A stretch of DNA of 64,000 nucleotides from Candidatus Poribacteria bacterium (GCA_963665235.2 CAXXLX010000001.1:3904001-3968000); one strand, 5' to 3'; counted from the first letter of the stretch, positions 9,590 through 20,734 are shown. Notes: generated by a model not told the origin, from the letters alone. Numbers and translations: made by a program.

Positions 9590-10534
9590 TTAGATATCCT
9601 CCGCTTGCTGTGCAAGTCGGTCTGTGAACGTCCTCAGTTCTTGAGAGACGTTTGCGAAGAGCTCTCCAATAGCCTTTGCATGTGCTTCGGTTTTGTCATA
9701 CTCTATTTCACTGCCGTAGATATTTCGGACCTTGTGTCGGAAGTCCAAGAGTGCTTCCAGCAGTGGATATGTCTTTTCAGAAATTACGGGGGGTCTTTCA
9801 GGCTGTTTTTTTGTCATCTGTTCGAGCAGGTCTTTATGCCATCTACTCCCGCCCGGCAGCTGGGCATCGACTTCTCGTGCAATCCGTTCAAAGATTCGCT
9901 CTAAGCCATTGGAGATATCGGCCAGGTCGTTAGCGATTGACCTCTCTATATACTCTTTGATATCGACAGGAGCTGTCTCAATTACCTCCAAACCTCTCTG
10001 TATCCTTGCAAGCGTTTCCGAAATCTTTGTGAGTTCATCGTTGATGCGTTGTGTGAGTTTTTTTCTCTTCACTTCGTAGATGTCGGTCCCCTTAATTGGA
10101 AAACCGTGTTGTTGTGTCTGCGACAATGTGTGTTGTGCACCTCTTTTAATCGGTATCGCCTGCTGTTGGAGTCTTTTTCGGAAGAGTCCCTTAGATGTCT
10201 CGAAGTGAATCAGGTCTATTTTGAACCCTGTCTTCATATCTATGGCCTGATATTTAGCCTCCGTGTGCGCGTCATCGGAGAGACCCCATACGGCAATATC
10301 TATATCCGAGGACGTTGTAAACCCGATGGGTTCCGAAAGTGAACCGAAGACAGCAACCTGTGTCGCACCGAACTGTTCATAAAGCAGTGCAGCAACCTGA
10401 TGTGCAGCGTGCCATGCGCGGTTTAGCAGCGCGTCATCTACTGCCCTGTTTTTCCATCTGCGTTCCAGCTGCTTTCTGCAAGCGGCAAGGGCAGCAGGCG
10501 ACATCTCTACTATTGCATGATTTAATTTTGACAC
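9590..10534 (-). CDS. Fused MNT nucleotidyltransferase and HepT-like HEPN domain protein
   Basis: VFGS...SDIDIAV (MNT); LERIFERIA...WHKDLL...FRHKVRNIYG (HepT-like). Confidence 0.85.
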   Translation of the reverse strand: MSKLNHAIVEMSPAALAACRKQLERRWKNRAVDDALLNRAWHAAHQVAALLYEQFGATQVAVFGSLSEPIGFTTSSDIDIAVWGLSDDAHTEAKYQAIDMKTGFKIDLIHFETSKGLFRKRLQQQAIPIKRGAQHTLSQTQQHGFPIKGTDIYEVKRKKLTQRINDELTKISETLARIQRGLEVIETAPVDIKEYIERSIANDLADISNGLERIFERIAREVDAQLPGGSRWHKDLLEQMTKKQPERPPVISEKTYPLLEALLDFRHKVRNIYGSEIEYDKTEAHAKAIGELFANVSQELRTFTDRLAQQAEDI

Positions 10535-10536
10535 GA

Positions 10537-11535
10537 CTATACTCCTTGCAATTCTAACGTTTCACTTAGGTGACACGCCACCTTAGCCCCGGGGGTAATT
10601 TCGCGAAGTTCCGGTGTTTCCTGTTTACAGATATCGGTTGCATAACGGCACCGTGGATGAAAATGGCATCCTGTTGGGGGTTGGGAGGGGTCCGGGACAT
10701 CCCCCTCAAGCCGAATCTGTTGACGTTTGCGTTGCAGGTTCGGGTCTGGTAGCGGGACAGCAGAAATTAACGCTTCTGTGTAGGGATGCTTGGGAGAGTG
10801 GTAAAGCACCTCCGCAGTGCTAATCTCCACAATTCTGCCGAGGTACATGACCGCAACGCGGTCACTGATATGTTCAACGACGCTCAAGTCGTGAGCGATA
10901 AAGATATAGGAGAGGTTGAACTTTTCGCGAAGCTCCACTAAAAGGTTGAGAATTTGTGCTTGCACTGAGACATCAAGGGCAGACACCGGTTCATCAGCGA
11001 TAATAAGTTCCGGTTGAAGTGCCAACGCACGCGCAATACCGATACGTTGACGTTGTCCGCCACTGAAGGCATGTGGATAGCGGTGCATATCCTGCGGTGT
11101 CAAACCGACAGATTCCAGCAGTTCAACGATTCGGGTCTGGAGCTCTTTCCCTTTTGCGATACGATTGATACGCATCGGTTCACCGACAATATCTCCTACA
11201 GTCATTCGTGGGTTGAGTGAGGCGTGTGGGTCTTGGAAGATTAGCTGCATGCGTCTGCGAAAAGGCAACATCTCGCGATGTGTCAATTTTGTAAGGTCCA
11301 CCCCCGCGTCTCCAAAGGTGAAGCTGCCGCTTGAAGCCGGAATTAACCGGAGCAGACATCTCCCTGTGGTTGTTTTCCCGCATCCGCTTTCACCGACAAG
11401 CCCGAGCGTTTCCCCGCGGTGCACATCGAAACTGACACCATCCACAGCCTTCACATATCCGATGGGACGTCGAAGAATACCTCTCCGAATTGGAAAATAT
11501 TTTTTAAGATTTTTGACATCAAGGATTTTCGGCAT
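10537..11535 (-). CDS. Oligo/dipeptide ABC transporter ATP-binding protein (OppF/DppF)
   Basis: [30 protein letters not shown]-terminal CHFHPRC. Confidence 0.95.
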   Translation of the reverse strand: MPKILDVKNLKKYFPIRRGILRRPIGYVKAVDGVSFDVHRGETLGLVGESGCGKTTTGRCLLRLIPASSGSFTFGDAGVDLTKLTHREMLPFRRRMQLIFQDPHASLNPRMTVGDIVGEPMRINRIAKGKELQTRIVELLESVGLTPQDMHRYPHAFSGGQRQRIGIARALALQPELIIADEPVSALDVSVQAQILNLLVELREKFNLSYIFIAHDLSVVEHISDRVAVMYLGRIVEISTAEVLYHSPKHPYTEALISAVPLPDPNLQRKRQQIRLEGDVPDPSQPPTGCHFHPRCRYATDICKQETPELREITPGAKVACHLSETLELQGV

Positions 11536-12583
11536 CGATTTTTTCCTCGTAAAGCCAGCATCTTACCGTGTGTCGCGTGTTTTCGGGATTAACCACGTCT
11601 AACTGGGGCATCTTTGTGCATTCGGGTTTATGTTCGGAACATCGCGGTTGAAACGAGCACCCTTCAGGCAGTGCTAACGGGTGTGGCACTGTGCCGGGAA
11701 TAGTGGCTAAAGTTTTCTTCGTATTATTTTCCCCGAGAATAGGAATGGACTGGAGCAATCCGCGGGTATAAGGGTGCAACGGGTTATAGAAGATATCATC
11801 AACACTGCCCTTTTCTACAACGCGGCCTGCGTACATGACAACGACCTCATCAGCTATGTCTGCAATAACCCCTAGGTCGTGTGTAATCAGTATAATCGCC
11901 ATTCCCATTTCGGTTTGAAGTTCCTGCATGAGTGCCAGCACTTGTGCCTGAATGGTAACATCCAGTGCTGTGGTCGGTTCATCAGCGATAAGGAGTGCTG
12001 GCGAGCAGCAGAGTGCCATGGCAATCATGACGCGCTGCCGCATGCCGCCAGAGAGCTGGTGCGGATATTCGTCAGCGCGTTGTGCCGGGGCGGGTATGCC
12101 GACGCGTGTGAGCATCTCAATTGCGCGCTCGCGGGCCCATTTTGGCGTAGTTTTCACGGTTCGCAAACGGGCAAACGACGACTTTTTACCCGCTTCATGC
12201 AGCACAATCGCTTCTGCAATCTGGTCTCCGACCGTATACACAGGATTGAGCGATGTCATCGGCTCTTGAAAGATGATAGCGATTTCGTTCCCACGGATGT
12301 CGCGCATCAACTCGCTTCGGGGTGATACCTGTGCAATATCGAGCGGTTCATCAATGCCCTCCCGGTAAAATCGAATTGCCCCTGCTTCAATCTGCCCCGG
12401 CGGGGGAACGAGTTGCAGTAGGGATAACCCGGTGACGCTTTTCCCGCAGCCGCTTTCACCGACAACCCCGACAGTTTGGCCGCGCGCGACCGAAAAGCTG
12501 ACATCGTTCACAGCGTTTACGGGCCCGTTGTCCGTGGGGAATACTGTCTTTAATCCAGAAATTTCAAGTAGAGGTTGCGCCAA
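11519..12583 (-). CDS. Oligo/dipeptide ABC transporter ATP-binding protein (OppD/DppD)
   Basis: [28 protein letters not shown]. Confidence 0.95.
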   Translation of the reverse strand: MAQPLLEISGLKTVFPTDNGPVNAVNDVSFSVARGQTVGVVGESGCGKSVTGLSLLQLVPPPGQIEAGAIRFYREGIDEPLDIAQVSPRSELMRDIRGNEIAIIFQEPMTSLNPVYTVGDQIAEAIVLHEAGKKSSFARLRTVKTTPKWARERAIEMLTRVGIPAPAQRADEYPHQLSGGMRQRVMIAMALCCSPALLIADEPTTALDVTIQAQVLALMQELQTEMGMAIILITHDLGVIADIADEVVVMYAGRVVEKGSVDDIFYNPLHPYTRGLLQSIPILGENNTKKTLATIPGTVPHPLALPEGCSFQPRCSEHKPECTKMPQLDVVNPENTRHTVRCWLYEEKIDAENP

Positions 12584-12642
12584 TTTTTTATTTCCGATGT
12601 ATGTATTTTACAGCAATCAGGACTTACGCAAATTATGTTGTC

Positions 12643-13323
12643 CTACAGTTTCGTTTTAATGTCGTTCCAGAAGAGGGCAAGTTTTCGGTCTGAAGTGCCT
12701 GCAAGCTGCAGGTCAACCGTTTCCAGTGCAGTACCGATAGACTTTGCACGCCACATTTTTGCCGCCGTTGTACTAAAGAATTGACTAGGCAGGGCCATAT
12801 CATTCTTTGTTAGCGTTCGGTGTATCAGGGGACTGTCCGTTTTCAGTATTCTATTTTTCAGGGAGCCCCAAGACGCGGCAGAGACTCGTATCTGTTGTAG
12901 TCGTGCTTCTTGCATGGTGCTTAAGCCGGTGTCCTGTTCCGGTGTGCTGGTAAAGAACGCAAGTTTCACAAGGAAAACCGATGCGAGCATGTAAAAGAGC
13001 AGGGCCGCGTAATTCACAAACTGTGGTGAAATTTTTAACCTCAGTTTGTCAACAACCCATGACATAGGGTTGGCAAAGAAAGCAACCTGCTGCTGCTTAT
13101 GCGCGGTCCGAATCTGTTGCTGGATTTTCTCAGCTAAATCGGGCGGGGGTATCGGTGTCTCAACATTATCAAGCAGTGCTGCAGTGTGCCATAAACCTTC
13201 ATATTCAATTTGACACGGCTCACAGTGCCGCAGGTGTTCTAAGAATTCACGCCGATTTGCCCCTTTTAAAACGGTATCTTGCCGATGTAAAACCAGATTT
13301 TGACGAGTCATTTCACAATTCAT
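12643..13323 (-). CDS. Putative zinc-finger (ZAS) membrane anti-sigma factor
   Basis: HLRHCEPC (HxxxCxxC), one TM helix, downstream of ECF sigma. Confidence 0.8.
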   Translation of the reverse strand: MNCEMTRQNLVLHRQDTVLKGANRREFLEHLRHCEPCQIEYEGLWHTAALLDNVETPIPPPDLAEKIQQQIRTAHKQQQVAFFANPMSWVVDKLRLKISPQFVNYAALLFYMLASVFLVKLAFFTSTPEQDTGLSTMQEARLQQIRVSAASWGSLKNRILKTDSPLIHRTLTKNDMALPSQFFSTTAAKMWRAKSIGTALETVDLQLAGTSDRKLALFWNDIKTKL

Positions 13324-13367
13324 TGTCCAAACCTCCGTTTTTAGAGAGAGAACGAATGACTGTTCCT

Positions 13368-13925
13368 TCAGAGATAGTATTTTTCAAGTTTTTCCTTCAA
13401 AGTTTTCAACGCCTGATTTAATCGAGAGGCAACGGTGCCTTCAGAACAATCCAGTATTTCAGCAATCTCCCGATATTTGAGGTGTTGCATATAATAAAGT
13501 GTCACAACCTCGCGTTGCTTCGGCGGCAAGCAGTTAATAGCAGCCTGTACGACCTGGTTCCGCTCCGTTTTAAGCACAGTTCTATCGGGTATTTCTGCTT
13601 CGGACGTTGCCTCTTGGACATCAACCTCTTCGGTGTAGGCGGCTACTATTTCGTCACGGCGCGTCGCTCTACGAAGGGTTTGATTGCATGTGTTTATACC
13701 GATTTTATACAACCAAGTACCGAATTTCGACTGGAATTGAAATGCCTTAATTGCTTTGTAAGCCGCTAAGAACGTTTCTTGGGTTGCATCTTGGGCATCT
13801 TCGGCATTGCCGAGTATCCGGTATGCAAGCCCATAAATTTTAGTGTAATGGCGATTGACCAATTCGTTAAATGCCTCGACATCGCCCTCCACTGTTTTGT
13901 GCACGTAGACATCATCAGGTATCAT
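13368..13925 (-). CDS. ECF RNA polymerase sigma factor
   Basis: DAQDATQETF, FGTWLYKI, LPPKQREVV...YREIAEIL...GTVASRL. Confidence 0.93.
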   Translation of the reverse strand: MIPDDVYVHKTVEGDVEAFNELVNRHYTKIYGLAYRILGNAEDAQDATQETFLAAYKAIKAFQFQSKFGTWLYKIGINTCNQTLRRATRRDEIVAAYTEEVDVQEATSEAEIPDRTVLKTERNQVVQAAINCLPPKQREVVTLYYMQHLKYREIAEILDCSEGTVASRLNQALKTLKEKLEKYYL

Positions 13926-14006
13926 AAAAATCCACCTTGCGCAATTTTTCAGATGTTAAATAGTTTGTTGCATCTGCCTTCAGTTTTCTTCATTTTTTTT
14001 ACCGAC

Positions 14007-14555
14007 CTACCCTTCAGAGGGTTCACATGCCTCACAAATTAGGGCGAAACGTTTGCTGCCTTGTGTTTGAAACTCGGTTTCATAATCATAGCTGACCGGG
14101 ACGTTTGCCTTACCGCACCAATCGCAGCGTCCGGAAAAGGTGTGTGCTTTCTGTGCTAACAGTGCTGCTTTCTGTTCCTCCACTTTCCGGGTGGCGGCAA
14201 TAAGGTCGAGGGCGCGTTGGCGTAACGCTGGGTCCGTTTCTGTTTTGGCAATTTTTTCAAGCAGCGGTTTAAGCCTCGGGTCGTTTGGATTTCCGCCATC
14301 GTCAAGCGTGTGCCATGCAGCTTTGCGGACACGCAAATCCGAATCCACTAGCCCTTTGTACAGTGCTACCCAGACAGCATCGATACGTTTCCGAACGTGA
14401 CATGGGCAGAGGTTTTCCATTGCTAGTGCACGGTCTTTGGGATTTTCGGCATAAGCAAGCGCGAGATAGTAGTCTACCTCGTTGCCCCGCAAACGGTTTT
14501 CGCGTCTGCGATGTGCCCGTTTCTGATGTCTGTTCATGCTATTTTTCTTCGCCAT
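14007..14555 (-). CDS. HEAT-repeat protein with C-terminal Cys4 zinc-finger-like region
   Basis: LCPCHV, DSDLRVRKAAWHTL, CDWC...CEAC. Confidence 0.7.
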   Translation of the reverse strand: MAKKNSMNRHQKRAHRRRENRLRGNEVDYYLALAYAENPKDRALAMENLCPCHVRKRIDAVWVALYKGLVDSDLRVRKAAWHTLDDGGNPNDPRLKPLLEKIAKTETDPALRQRALDLIAATRKVEEQKAALLAQKAHTFSGRCDWCGKANVPVSYDYETEFQTQGSKRFALICEACEPSEG

Positions 14556-14665
14556 CTGGTACCTCCACTTTTAAAATTATAGCATGAATTTCACGGTTTC
14601 TCAACAAATTTGGCAGGGCCATTTAGTTTTCCAGATTCACTATATATATATGTATATTTTCCTCT

Positions 14666-14811
14666 GTAGGAGCGTGTTTTGCACGCGACACATTATATCA
14701 CATACCGACACGGACAAACGAGGGGGGTCGCAATATAGGAAACCCGTAAGCACCCGTATTTGGGAAACCCCCAGCCCGTTCCTTCCTATCGCGTGCGAAG
14801 CACGCTCCTAC
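14666..14811. repeat. Inverted pair of GTAG-foot REP elements (REPIN-like)
   Basis: GTAGGAGCGTGTTTTGCACGCGA at 14666 and TCGCGTGCGAAGCACGCTCCTAC at 14789; related copies at 30021 and 30087. Confidence 0.75.
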
Positions 14812-14998
14812 AGAAGAGGTTTTTTGAAAAAACCTGCGGAAAATATGGAGAACTAAATAGCCCTGTGGAGAGCTACACGGTAGGTTGACATATCAGCACA
14901 AAATATTTACACACCCTATTCCCTATCAAAATTCCTGCTTGCTAATTATCTTCGATTGTGATAATATTGTCATAAAATTTCAAAGGAGACACACAACT

Positions 14999-15868
14999 AT
15001 GTTTAAACTCGGCGTTATCGGTGATGAGGTCTCGCAAGACTTCGCCACCGTAGTCAATTTTGTAAAAGAATATAACCTGGACTCCATCGAAGTTCGTTCG
15101 GTGTGGGATAAACAGCCCCATCAACTCACGGATACCGACATAGATACTATGAAACGGCTGCTGGATGGGACAGATATCGAAATTATTGGGGTCGCTTCAC
15201 CTTTCTTCAAATGTGATATGGACAATGCACAGGACCGGAAGGAACATCTCGATATTCTGAAAGGATGTATCCGAACTGCAAAGGCGTTTGACACAAATCT
15301 GATTCGCACCTTCGTTTTTTGGGACACCGGGCAGACAGAGGAACGGTGGGACGAAATTATCGACGCTTACGATGAACCGTGCCGAATGGTTGACGGTGAA
15401 GGGATTGTCCTCGGTATGGAAAACGAATCCACTACCTCGCTTCGGACCGCTCAACTTACCGCGGAATTTATTGGAGAGCTCAATTCACCTAACGTCCGCG
15501 CTATCTGGGACCCCGCCAATGAGGCACACGCGCTGGATGGCGAAACCCCATACCCCGACGCATACAATCGACTCAAACCGACGATGATTCATGCACACCT
15601 CAAGGACGCAGCACCAAATCCGGATACCGGGGAGATGGAATCTGTGCCTGTCGGCGAGGGTGTTATTGACTGGCAAGGACAACTGCAAGCCTTCGTTGAT
15701 GATGGATATGAAGGACATCTCTGCCTCGAAACGCATTGGCGACCGTCTCTCAAAATTGACGATGAACTTCTCAATAAGCCGGGCGGACAAGCGTTCTCTG
15801 AAGCGGGGGAAGAAGCCTCGCGCATCTGTATCGAAAAATTGCAGGCGATGATTGAAAAATTGAGGTAA
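14999..15868 (+). CDS. Sugar phosphate isomerase/epimerase (AP endonuclease 2 TIM barrel)
   Basis: AAGGAG RBS; MENE, WDPAN, HLKD, GEGVIDW, LETH. Confidence 0.88.
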   Translation: MFKLGVIGDEVSQDFATVVNFVKEYNLDSIEVRSVWDKQPHQLTDTDIDTMKRLLDGTDIEIIGVASPFFKCDMDNAQDRKEHLDILKGCIRTAKAFDTNLIRTFVFWDTGQTEERWDEIIDAYDEPCRMVDGEGIVLGMENESTTSLRTAQLTAEFIGELNSPNVRAIWDPANEAHALDGETPYPDAYNRLKPTMIHAHLKDAAPNPDTGEMESVPVGEGVIDWQGQLQAFVDDGYEGHLCLETHWRPSLKIDDELLNKPGGQAFSEAGEEASRICIEKLQAMIEKLR

Positions 15869-15905
15869 ACGACACACACCATCGAATTTTAGGGGGAAAA
15901 AGTCA

Positions 15906-16991
15906 GTGAAAATTAAAGCGGTCCGGACCTCACTTTACGACATTCCACCGCAAGTCGAACGTGTTGATGCCATTCAAGCCTTTGTCTCTATGGAGTTTCC
16001 GTTCATTGAGATTGAAGATGTGGATGGTGTTATCGGCACCGGCTTCTCTTACACTATCGGCAAGGGTGGGGAAGCGATTAAACAGATTATGGATGCCTAT
16101 CTCACGCCTATCCTGCTTGAAGAGGATGCCGCGAACATCGACCGGATTTGGAACCGGATGTGGATGGAAACCCATTGGGTAGGGAGAGGCGGTATTGTCG
16201 GTTTAGGTATGGCAGCGGTAGACATTGCACTCTGGGATTTGATGGCAAAACGCGCGGAATTGCCGCTCTATCAACTGCTCGGCGGGGCAAGAGCGGCTGT
16301 CCCCGTTTACAATACCGATGGCGGTTGGTTACACCTCTCCGAAACCGAGCTCGTTAGACAATCCATAGAATTCGTGAAACAGGGGTTCAAAGGGATAAAG
16401 ATTAAGGTGGGACGCGACAGCCTACACGAGGATGTCGACCGAATCTTCGCTGTCAGAAACGCAATCGGACAAGAGCCCTACCTGATGATAGATGCAAACA
16501 TGAAGTGGAACGCACGCGAAGCTATTCAACTTGCATGTCGGGTGGAGGAAGCTGATATCTTCTGGTTTGAAGAACCGATTGAGGCGGACGATGTCGATAG
16601 CCACGTACTGTTGCGTGAAAAAACCACTATCCCAATTGCTGTCGGTGAAACGATTTACAATAAATATGTCTTTCAGGAATACATCGCACAAGGTGCGGCG
16701 GACATTCTACAACCGGACGCGGTGCGCGTCGGCGGTATTTCGGAATGGATGAAGGTGGCACATACAGCGGAATGCTTCGGGCTCTCTGTATCCCCCCATT
16801 TTCTGATGGATTTGCATGTACATCTCTCCGCAGCGGTACCGCATTCGCTCTTCGTGGAATATATCCCATCCCTGGACCCGGTGCTTAGCGATACTTTAAC
16901 GCTGGTAGATGGTCATTTTTCGCCGCCTGCTCGACCGGGACACGGCATTCTGTTCGATAAACAGAAGTTGGAAGAGTATAGGGTGTTATAG
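15906..16991 (+). CDS. Mandelate racemase/muconate lactonizing enzyme family protein
   Basis: DIALWDL, KIKVG, MIDAN, WFEEP, GET, QPD, PGHGI. Confidence 0.93.
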   Translation: MKIKAVRTSLYDIPPQVERVDAIQAFVSMEFPFIEIEDVDGVIGTGFSYTIGKGGEAIKQIMDAYLTPILLEEDAANIDRIWNRMWMETHWVGRGGIVGLGMAAVDIALWDLMAKRAELPLYQLLGGARAAVPVYNTDGGWLHLSETELVRQSIEFVKQGFKGIKIKVGRDSLHEDVDRIFAVRNAIGQEPYLMIDANMKWNAREAIQLACRVEEADIFWFEEPIEADDVDSHVLLREKTTIPIAVGETIYNKYVFQEYIAQGAADILQPDAVRVGGISEWMKVAHTAECFGLSVSPHFLMDLHVHLSAAVPHSLFVEYIPSLDPVLSDTLTLVDGHFSPPARPGHGILFDKQKLEEYRVL

Positions 16992-17008
16992 GATTTCTCT
17001 TAGTCTAT

Positions 17009-17719
17009 TCAATCCGCCCTACAAACGCTAACCCGCTCACGCGCGATTTCTACATACTTACTGTCCAGATCACAACCGGCAAACCTACGCTGATTTTTAA
17101 CTGCGGCAACCGCGGTCGTACCTGAACCCAAAAATGGGTCTACGACTAAATCGTCCTGATTGCTATGCTTTAGCACTAACATATCGAACAGTGACAACGG
17201 TTTTTGTGTCGGATGGAGTCTATTCCCGTTGTGTCGCGGGATAGCAAACTCATAAACGCCGATGTCGTATTCGCTATTGAAGGTAGGTTTACCGCCTTTG
17301 ACTCCGACAACCGCCATCTCTCTGCTGTTAGATAGATAGGTCGACCTCATGTTCAACGGCACAGGATTGGTTTTCTGCCAGATAATCTGCCGTAGCATTT
17401 TAAACCCGGCTGTTTCCATCGCCTCCTTTAATCGTCCGATTTTCCATATATCGTACCATACGATGACAGTACCACCGCGGCGTATTGCGCGGTAAAAGAC
17501 TTTTGCCATATCGTCCAGATCTATCTCAGTCCCATCCCAGGGGCCGAAGTCCATACTCACAGCGAACCGCTTTTCGCCATTGACAACCGATGAGAAACCT
17601 GTTTTTCTGCTAATGTTATAGGGTGGGTCGGTCAAGATAAGGTCTGCCGAGCTGGGGGGTAAATCGGTCATAAAGTCGTGATAATCGGAATTTTCGATGC
17701 AAAATTCCTGGCATGTCAT
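17009..17719 (-). CDS. Site-specific DNA methyltransferase, beta class (DPPY)
   Basis: TDPPY, HPTQKP, DPFLGSGTT. Confidence 0.93.
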   Translation of the reverse strand: MTCQEFCIENSDYHDFMTDLPPSSADLILTDPPYNISRKTGFSSVVNGEKRFAVSMDFGPWDGTEIDLDDMAKVFYRAIRRGGTVIVWYDIWKIGRLKEAMETAGFKMLRQIIWQKTNPVPLNMRSTYLSNSREMAVVGVKGGKPTFNSEYDIGVYEFAIPRHNGNRLHPTQKPLSLFDMLVLKHSNQDDLVVDPFLGSGTTAVAAVKNQRRFAGCDLDSKYVEIARERVSVCRAD

Positions 17720-17728
17720 GTGGAACTC

Positions 17729-18565
17729 CTATCGTTCGGTTTTATTGACATTTGATTTGATGTGCTCTTTTGCGATCTGATAGTACTGCGGCAAGATTTC
17801 AATACCGGTAGAATTTCTTGATAACCGCTGAGCCACCTGACAGGTCGTTCCGGACCCCGCAAACGGATCCAACACCCAATCCTTTTCCTTCGTAAACAGC
17901 TTGATAAACCATTCGGGCAACGTCTTCGGAAAAACGGCACTATGTTTGCGATTGCCCGTTTCCGTTGCAAGATGCAAAACGTTCGTCGGATACGCCATTT
18001 TTCTGCCTACCCAATTGGAAACGTTTTTACCAAACCCGCTTCCTACTTTTGATGTATCCCGACCTTTATCTGTCTCGCTGAGGTTTTTCAACCGTTTTTC
18101 CGCCCACTCTCCCATCGGCACCATGACAGCCTCTTGATACATATTGAACTTCTTCGTTTTGTTGAACTGTAAGCACCGCTCCCATGCATCTCTGAATCGG
18201 TTTGGCCATTTGCCGGGATAGCAATTTTTTTTGTGCCAGACAAACTCCTCTGTCCACAACCAGCCCTGTTTTCTCATTTCAAGTATCAACTCAAGAACAT
18301 AGGTGTGCCGTTCGCCGTTAACAGCGTTCTCTTTAATGTTCAGGATGAAGGTGCCAGATGGCTTGAGTACCCTTAGAAATTGTTCTGCACGAGGCATAAA
18401 CCAACTAACGTATTCATCGTGTTTGATTCCGCTATATGTTTTGGCGCGGCGGTCTGCGTAAGGGGGAGATGTCATGATTAGGTCAGACGAATCGGTGTCA
18501 AAATTGGCGAGGACCTCTAAACAATCTCCGAGATACAAATCGGTTTTTACTATTTTCATAGGCAA
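17729..18565 (-). CDS. Site-specific DNA methyltransferase, beta class (SPPY, likely m4C)
   Basis: TSPPY, HSAVFP, DPFAGSGTT. Confidence 0.93.
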   Translation of the reverse strand: MPMKIVKTDLYLGDCLEVLANFDTDSSDLIMTSPPYADRRAKTYSGIKHDEYVSWFMPRAEQFLRVLKPSGTFILNIKENAVNGERHTYVLELILEMRKQGWLWTEEFVWHKKNCYPGKWPNRFRDAWERCLQFNKTKKFNMYQEAVMVPMGEWAEKRLKNLSETDKGRDTSKVGSGFGKNVSNWVGRKMAYPTNVLHLATETGNRKHSAVFPKTLPEWFIKLFTKEKDWVLDPFAGSGTTCQVAQRLSRNSTGIEILPQYYQIAKEHIKSNVNKTER

Positions 18566-18768
18566 CCTGCCTTTGGATACTAGCTTTGGACGAAGTGATG
18601 GATAGCCTCCTTTAAATATTATAGCAGATGTGGCGTTGCCAATGCAAGCGAAAAAACAGGAGGCGAAGTGAATATTTTGTCAAAAGGTTGAACAGTTCTG
18701 AGATAAAAATATCTCGACAGCGTGAAAATTTTGGAAGGGTGTGTAAAGTTTTTGTACTATGATAGTTT

Positions 18769-18890
18769 TTAGTCCAAGAATCGCTCGATTTTCATTTTTC
18801 TTCTATCAACTCTATGAGCTTTATACCAATGAACCTCCGCTTCTCGGATGTTACCATTGGTCAACCGAATATAGGCAAACCCTTTAGGAA
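18769..18890 (-). pseudogene. C-terminal remnant of a small conserved protein (putative TA toxin-like family)
   Basis: KGFAYIRLTNGNIREAEVHWYKAH...KIERFLD resembles a recurrent small-protein C-terminus; no N-terminus or start. Confidence 0.55.
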
Positions 18891-18900
18891 GCTTAACGGA

Positions 18901-18940
18901 AAATAAAAGAGGCAGGCACCCAAAAATGGATACCTGCCTG
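18901..18940 (-). terminator. Intrinsic terminator
   Basis: AGGCAGGTATCC-loop-GGGTGCCTGCCT followed by CTTTTATTT on minus strand. Confidence 0.75.
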
Positions 18941-18969
18941 TCCAGATTGATGTTAGTGGTTGGTGTCAA

Positions 18970-20715
18970 TTAGTCTTGGTGTTTTTGTACTTCACCGTAT
19001 ATATTCTCACACCTTCTCCAACGGCAGCGTGCCCAGGGCTCATTACACACCCCCCAAACAGCTTGATACCGATTTTTCTGTTTAATCCATTTTTGCTGAA
19101 CCACCTTTTTACGCGTGCAGATGCGTGTCTTGTGCAACTCCATTTGGTGGGTATTACAAGACCAGTACAGGTGCCCATGCATACAAGTGACGCGATGATC
19201 ATCCCGAGAAAGCAGCATCTCATTACAGGCACCACGTCGGCATTTCACACGCGTCGGATACTGGTGTGTATGGCTCTGACACGCATAGAAACTCGCCATC
19301 GAACAATTATCACCATAACTATTCGTCACCGAACACGTCGCTTGAAATGAATGATCACCTGACACAGATGTCGCATGAACACCACACACATGCATCGTTC
19401 CCATTCCATGACTACTCGTCTCAGGACATTGCGTATATACACAACCCCAATATACGCGATTGTTACAAGGGGGTGTGTTGCACGTATACGATACATGGTA
19501 ACCTGAAGTCCCCGCAGCATGAACACCACACGCCTCCATCGCAGGGTTCGGCGTTGGTGTCGGATTCGGTGATGGTGCAGGGGGCAGAACAAGCGACGGA
19601 TCCGTGCTTTGCGCAGGAAGTGTAAAAGTTGGTGCTGGCGGTATTGGATTTTTCGGGGGCCACGAATCATCGCGCCAATCGGCATGCACATGACCCGTTG
19701 AATAAAGGAAGGCTCTTCTGGCTGGAGGGTCGGCATTTAAGGCTGCCTGCCGCATCTTTTCCTGGTCATTGCCATCTTCACCATCAATATTCATTCCTCG
19801 GACATCTAAGGCGAGCCCGTATTGATGCAGACCATGCACTGCCGTTCCTCCCGAGTGGTAGACGTTATGATGCGGATTCCGATACCCACTTGTCACAACC
19901 AATTGGTAGCGTGTTAAATCGGGTAAATTTTGGCGCTCTCGTTTATTAATTGCCGTCACCCACGCGTCATGTTTACCTTGCAAGTCTTCGTTAATCATCT
20001 GAGCGTAATGACCGAAATCGTAGAAATCTTCAGGGTCAAAACTGCCGCGTCCCGGAATTTGACGCGCCAGGTCTAAGTATTCCTGACGTATCTGGTCGAT
20101 TTCGTCCTGGTTTAGCTCTAATGACTTTGTAACCGTCTTACCCTGCGTTGTCTGCGCTGTAAACCCGATCGTAATCGTCATGGGCGTACCACCGCGGTGC
20201 CTCGGTGTCCGATTATGACGCTCAGCATTTCCCGCGTCCGTACATATCGCTGGGGTTGTGTTAGGATTAGGGTATTGAGATGTATCGTCATGCCTTGGGA
20301 CATCCAGCTCTGCTACGACATTAAACGATGTGTAACCGCTAAGTTTCGATGGATGCGGACCTGACCAAGAGGTGCTAATAGAGTCCTCGTCAAGTTTTAT
20401 GCCCTGATTCGCCGAAAACGACCACGAAACCGTATCGGGATTAATCGGATCAGTGTTTTGCGGCTGGTTACTATTATAACCGACAGACGCTGAGACCGAA
20501 CACGATGTCTGGGTGCTGGTGATAAAGGTCCTATGTATAGGGACAGAGAGACTATACCCTTTGACACCCCGACCAACACGCCACTCTTTGAAAATTATTG
20601 ACGGTGGAGTCATGGAACCTGAACCGGACCCCGTGTTGAGTGCCGAAAAACTCAGAGTACTAAAAACAGACAGAAACAGAAAAATAGATAGAAACACAAT
20701 ATATTTGATTCGCAT
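18970..20715 (-). CDS. Secreted M15-family (D-Ala-D-Ala) metallopeptidase domain protein with Cys/His-rich tail
   Basis: AAGGAG RBS, signal peptide; VTSGYRNPHHN, HQYGLALD, HVHAD; Pro-rich linker; CGVH...H...C repeats. Confidence 0.8.
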   Translation of the reverse strand: MRIKYIVFLSIFLFLSVFSTLSFSALNTGSGSGSMTPPSIIFKEWRVGRGVKGYSLSVPIHRTFITSTQTSCSVSASVGYNSNQPQNTDPINPDTVSWSFSANQGIKLDEDSISTSWSGPHPSKLSGYTSFNVVAELDVPRHDDTSQYPNPNTTPAICTDAGNAERHNRTPRHRGGTPMTITIGFTAQTTQGKTVTKSLELNQDEIDQIRQEYLDLARQIPGRGSFDPEDFYDFGHYAQMINEDLQGKHDAWVTAINKRERQNLPDLTRYQLVVTSGYRNPHHNVYHSGGTAVHGLHQYGLALDVRGMNIDGEDGNDQEKMRQAALNADPPARRAFLYSTGHVHADWRDDSWPPKNPIPPAPTFTLPAQSTDPSLVLPPAPSPNPTPTPNPAMEACGVHAAGTSGYHVSYTCNTPPCNNRVYWGCVYTQCPETSSHGMGTMHVCGVHATSVSGDHSFQATCSVTNSYGDNCSMASFYACQSHTHQYPTRVKCRRGACNEMLLSRDDHRVTCMHGHLYWSCNTHQMELHKTRICTRKKVVQQKWIKQKNRYQAVWGVCNEPWARCRWRRCENIYGEVQKHQD

Positions 20716-20734
20716 TTGAAAATCTCCTTTTTTG

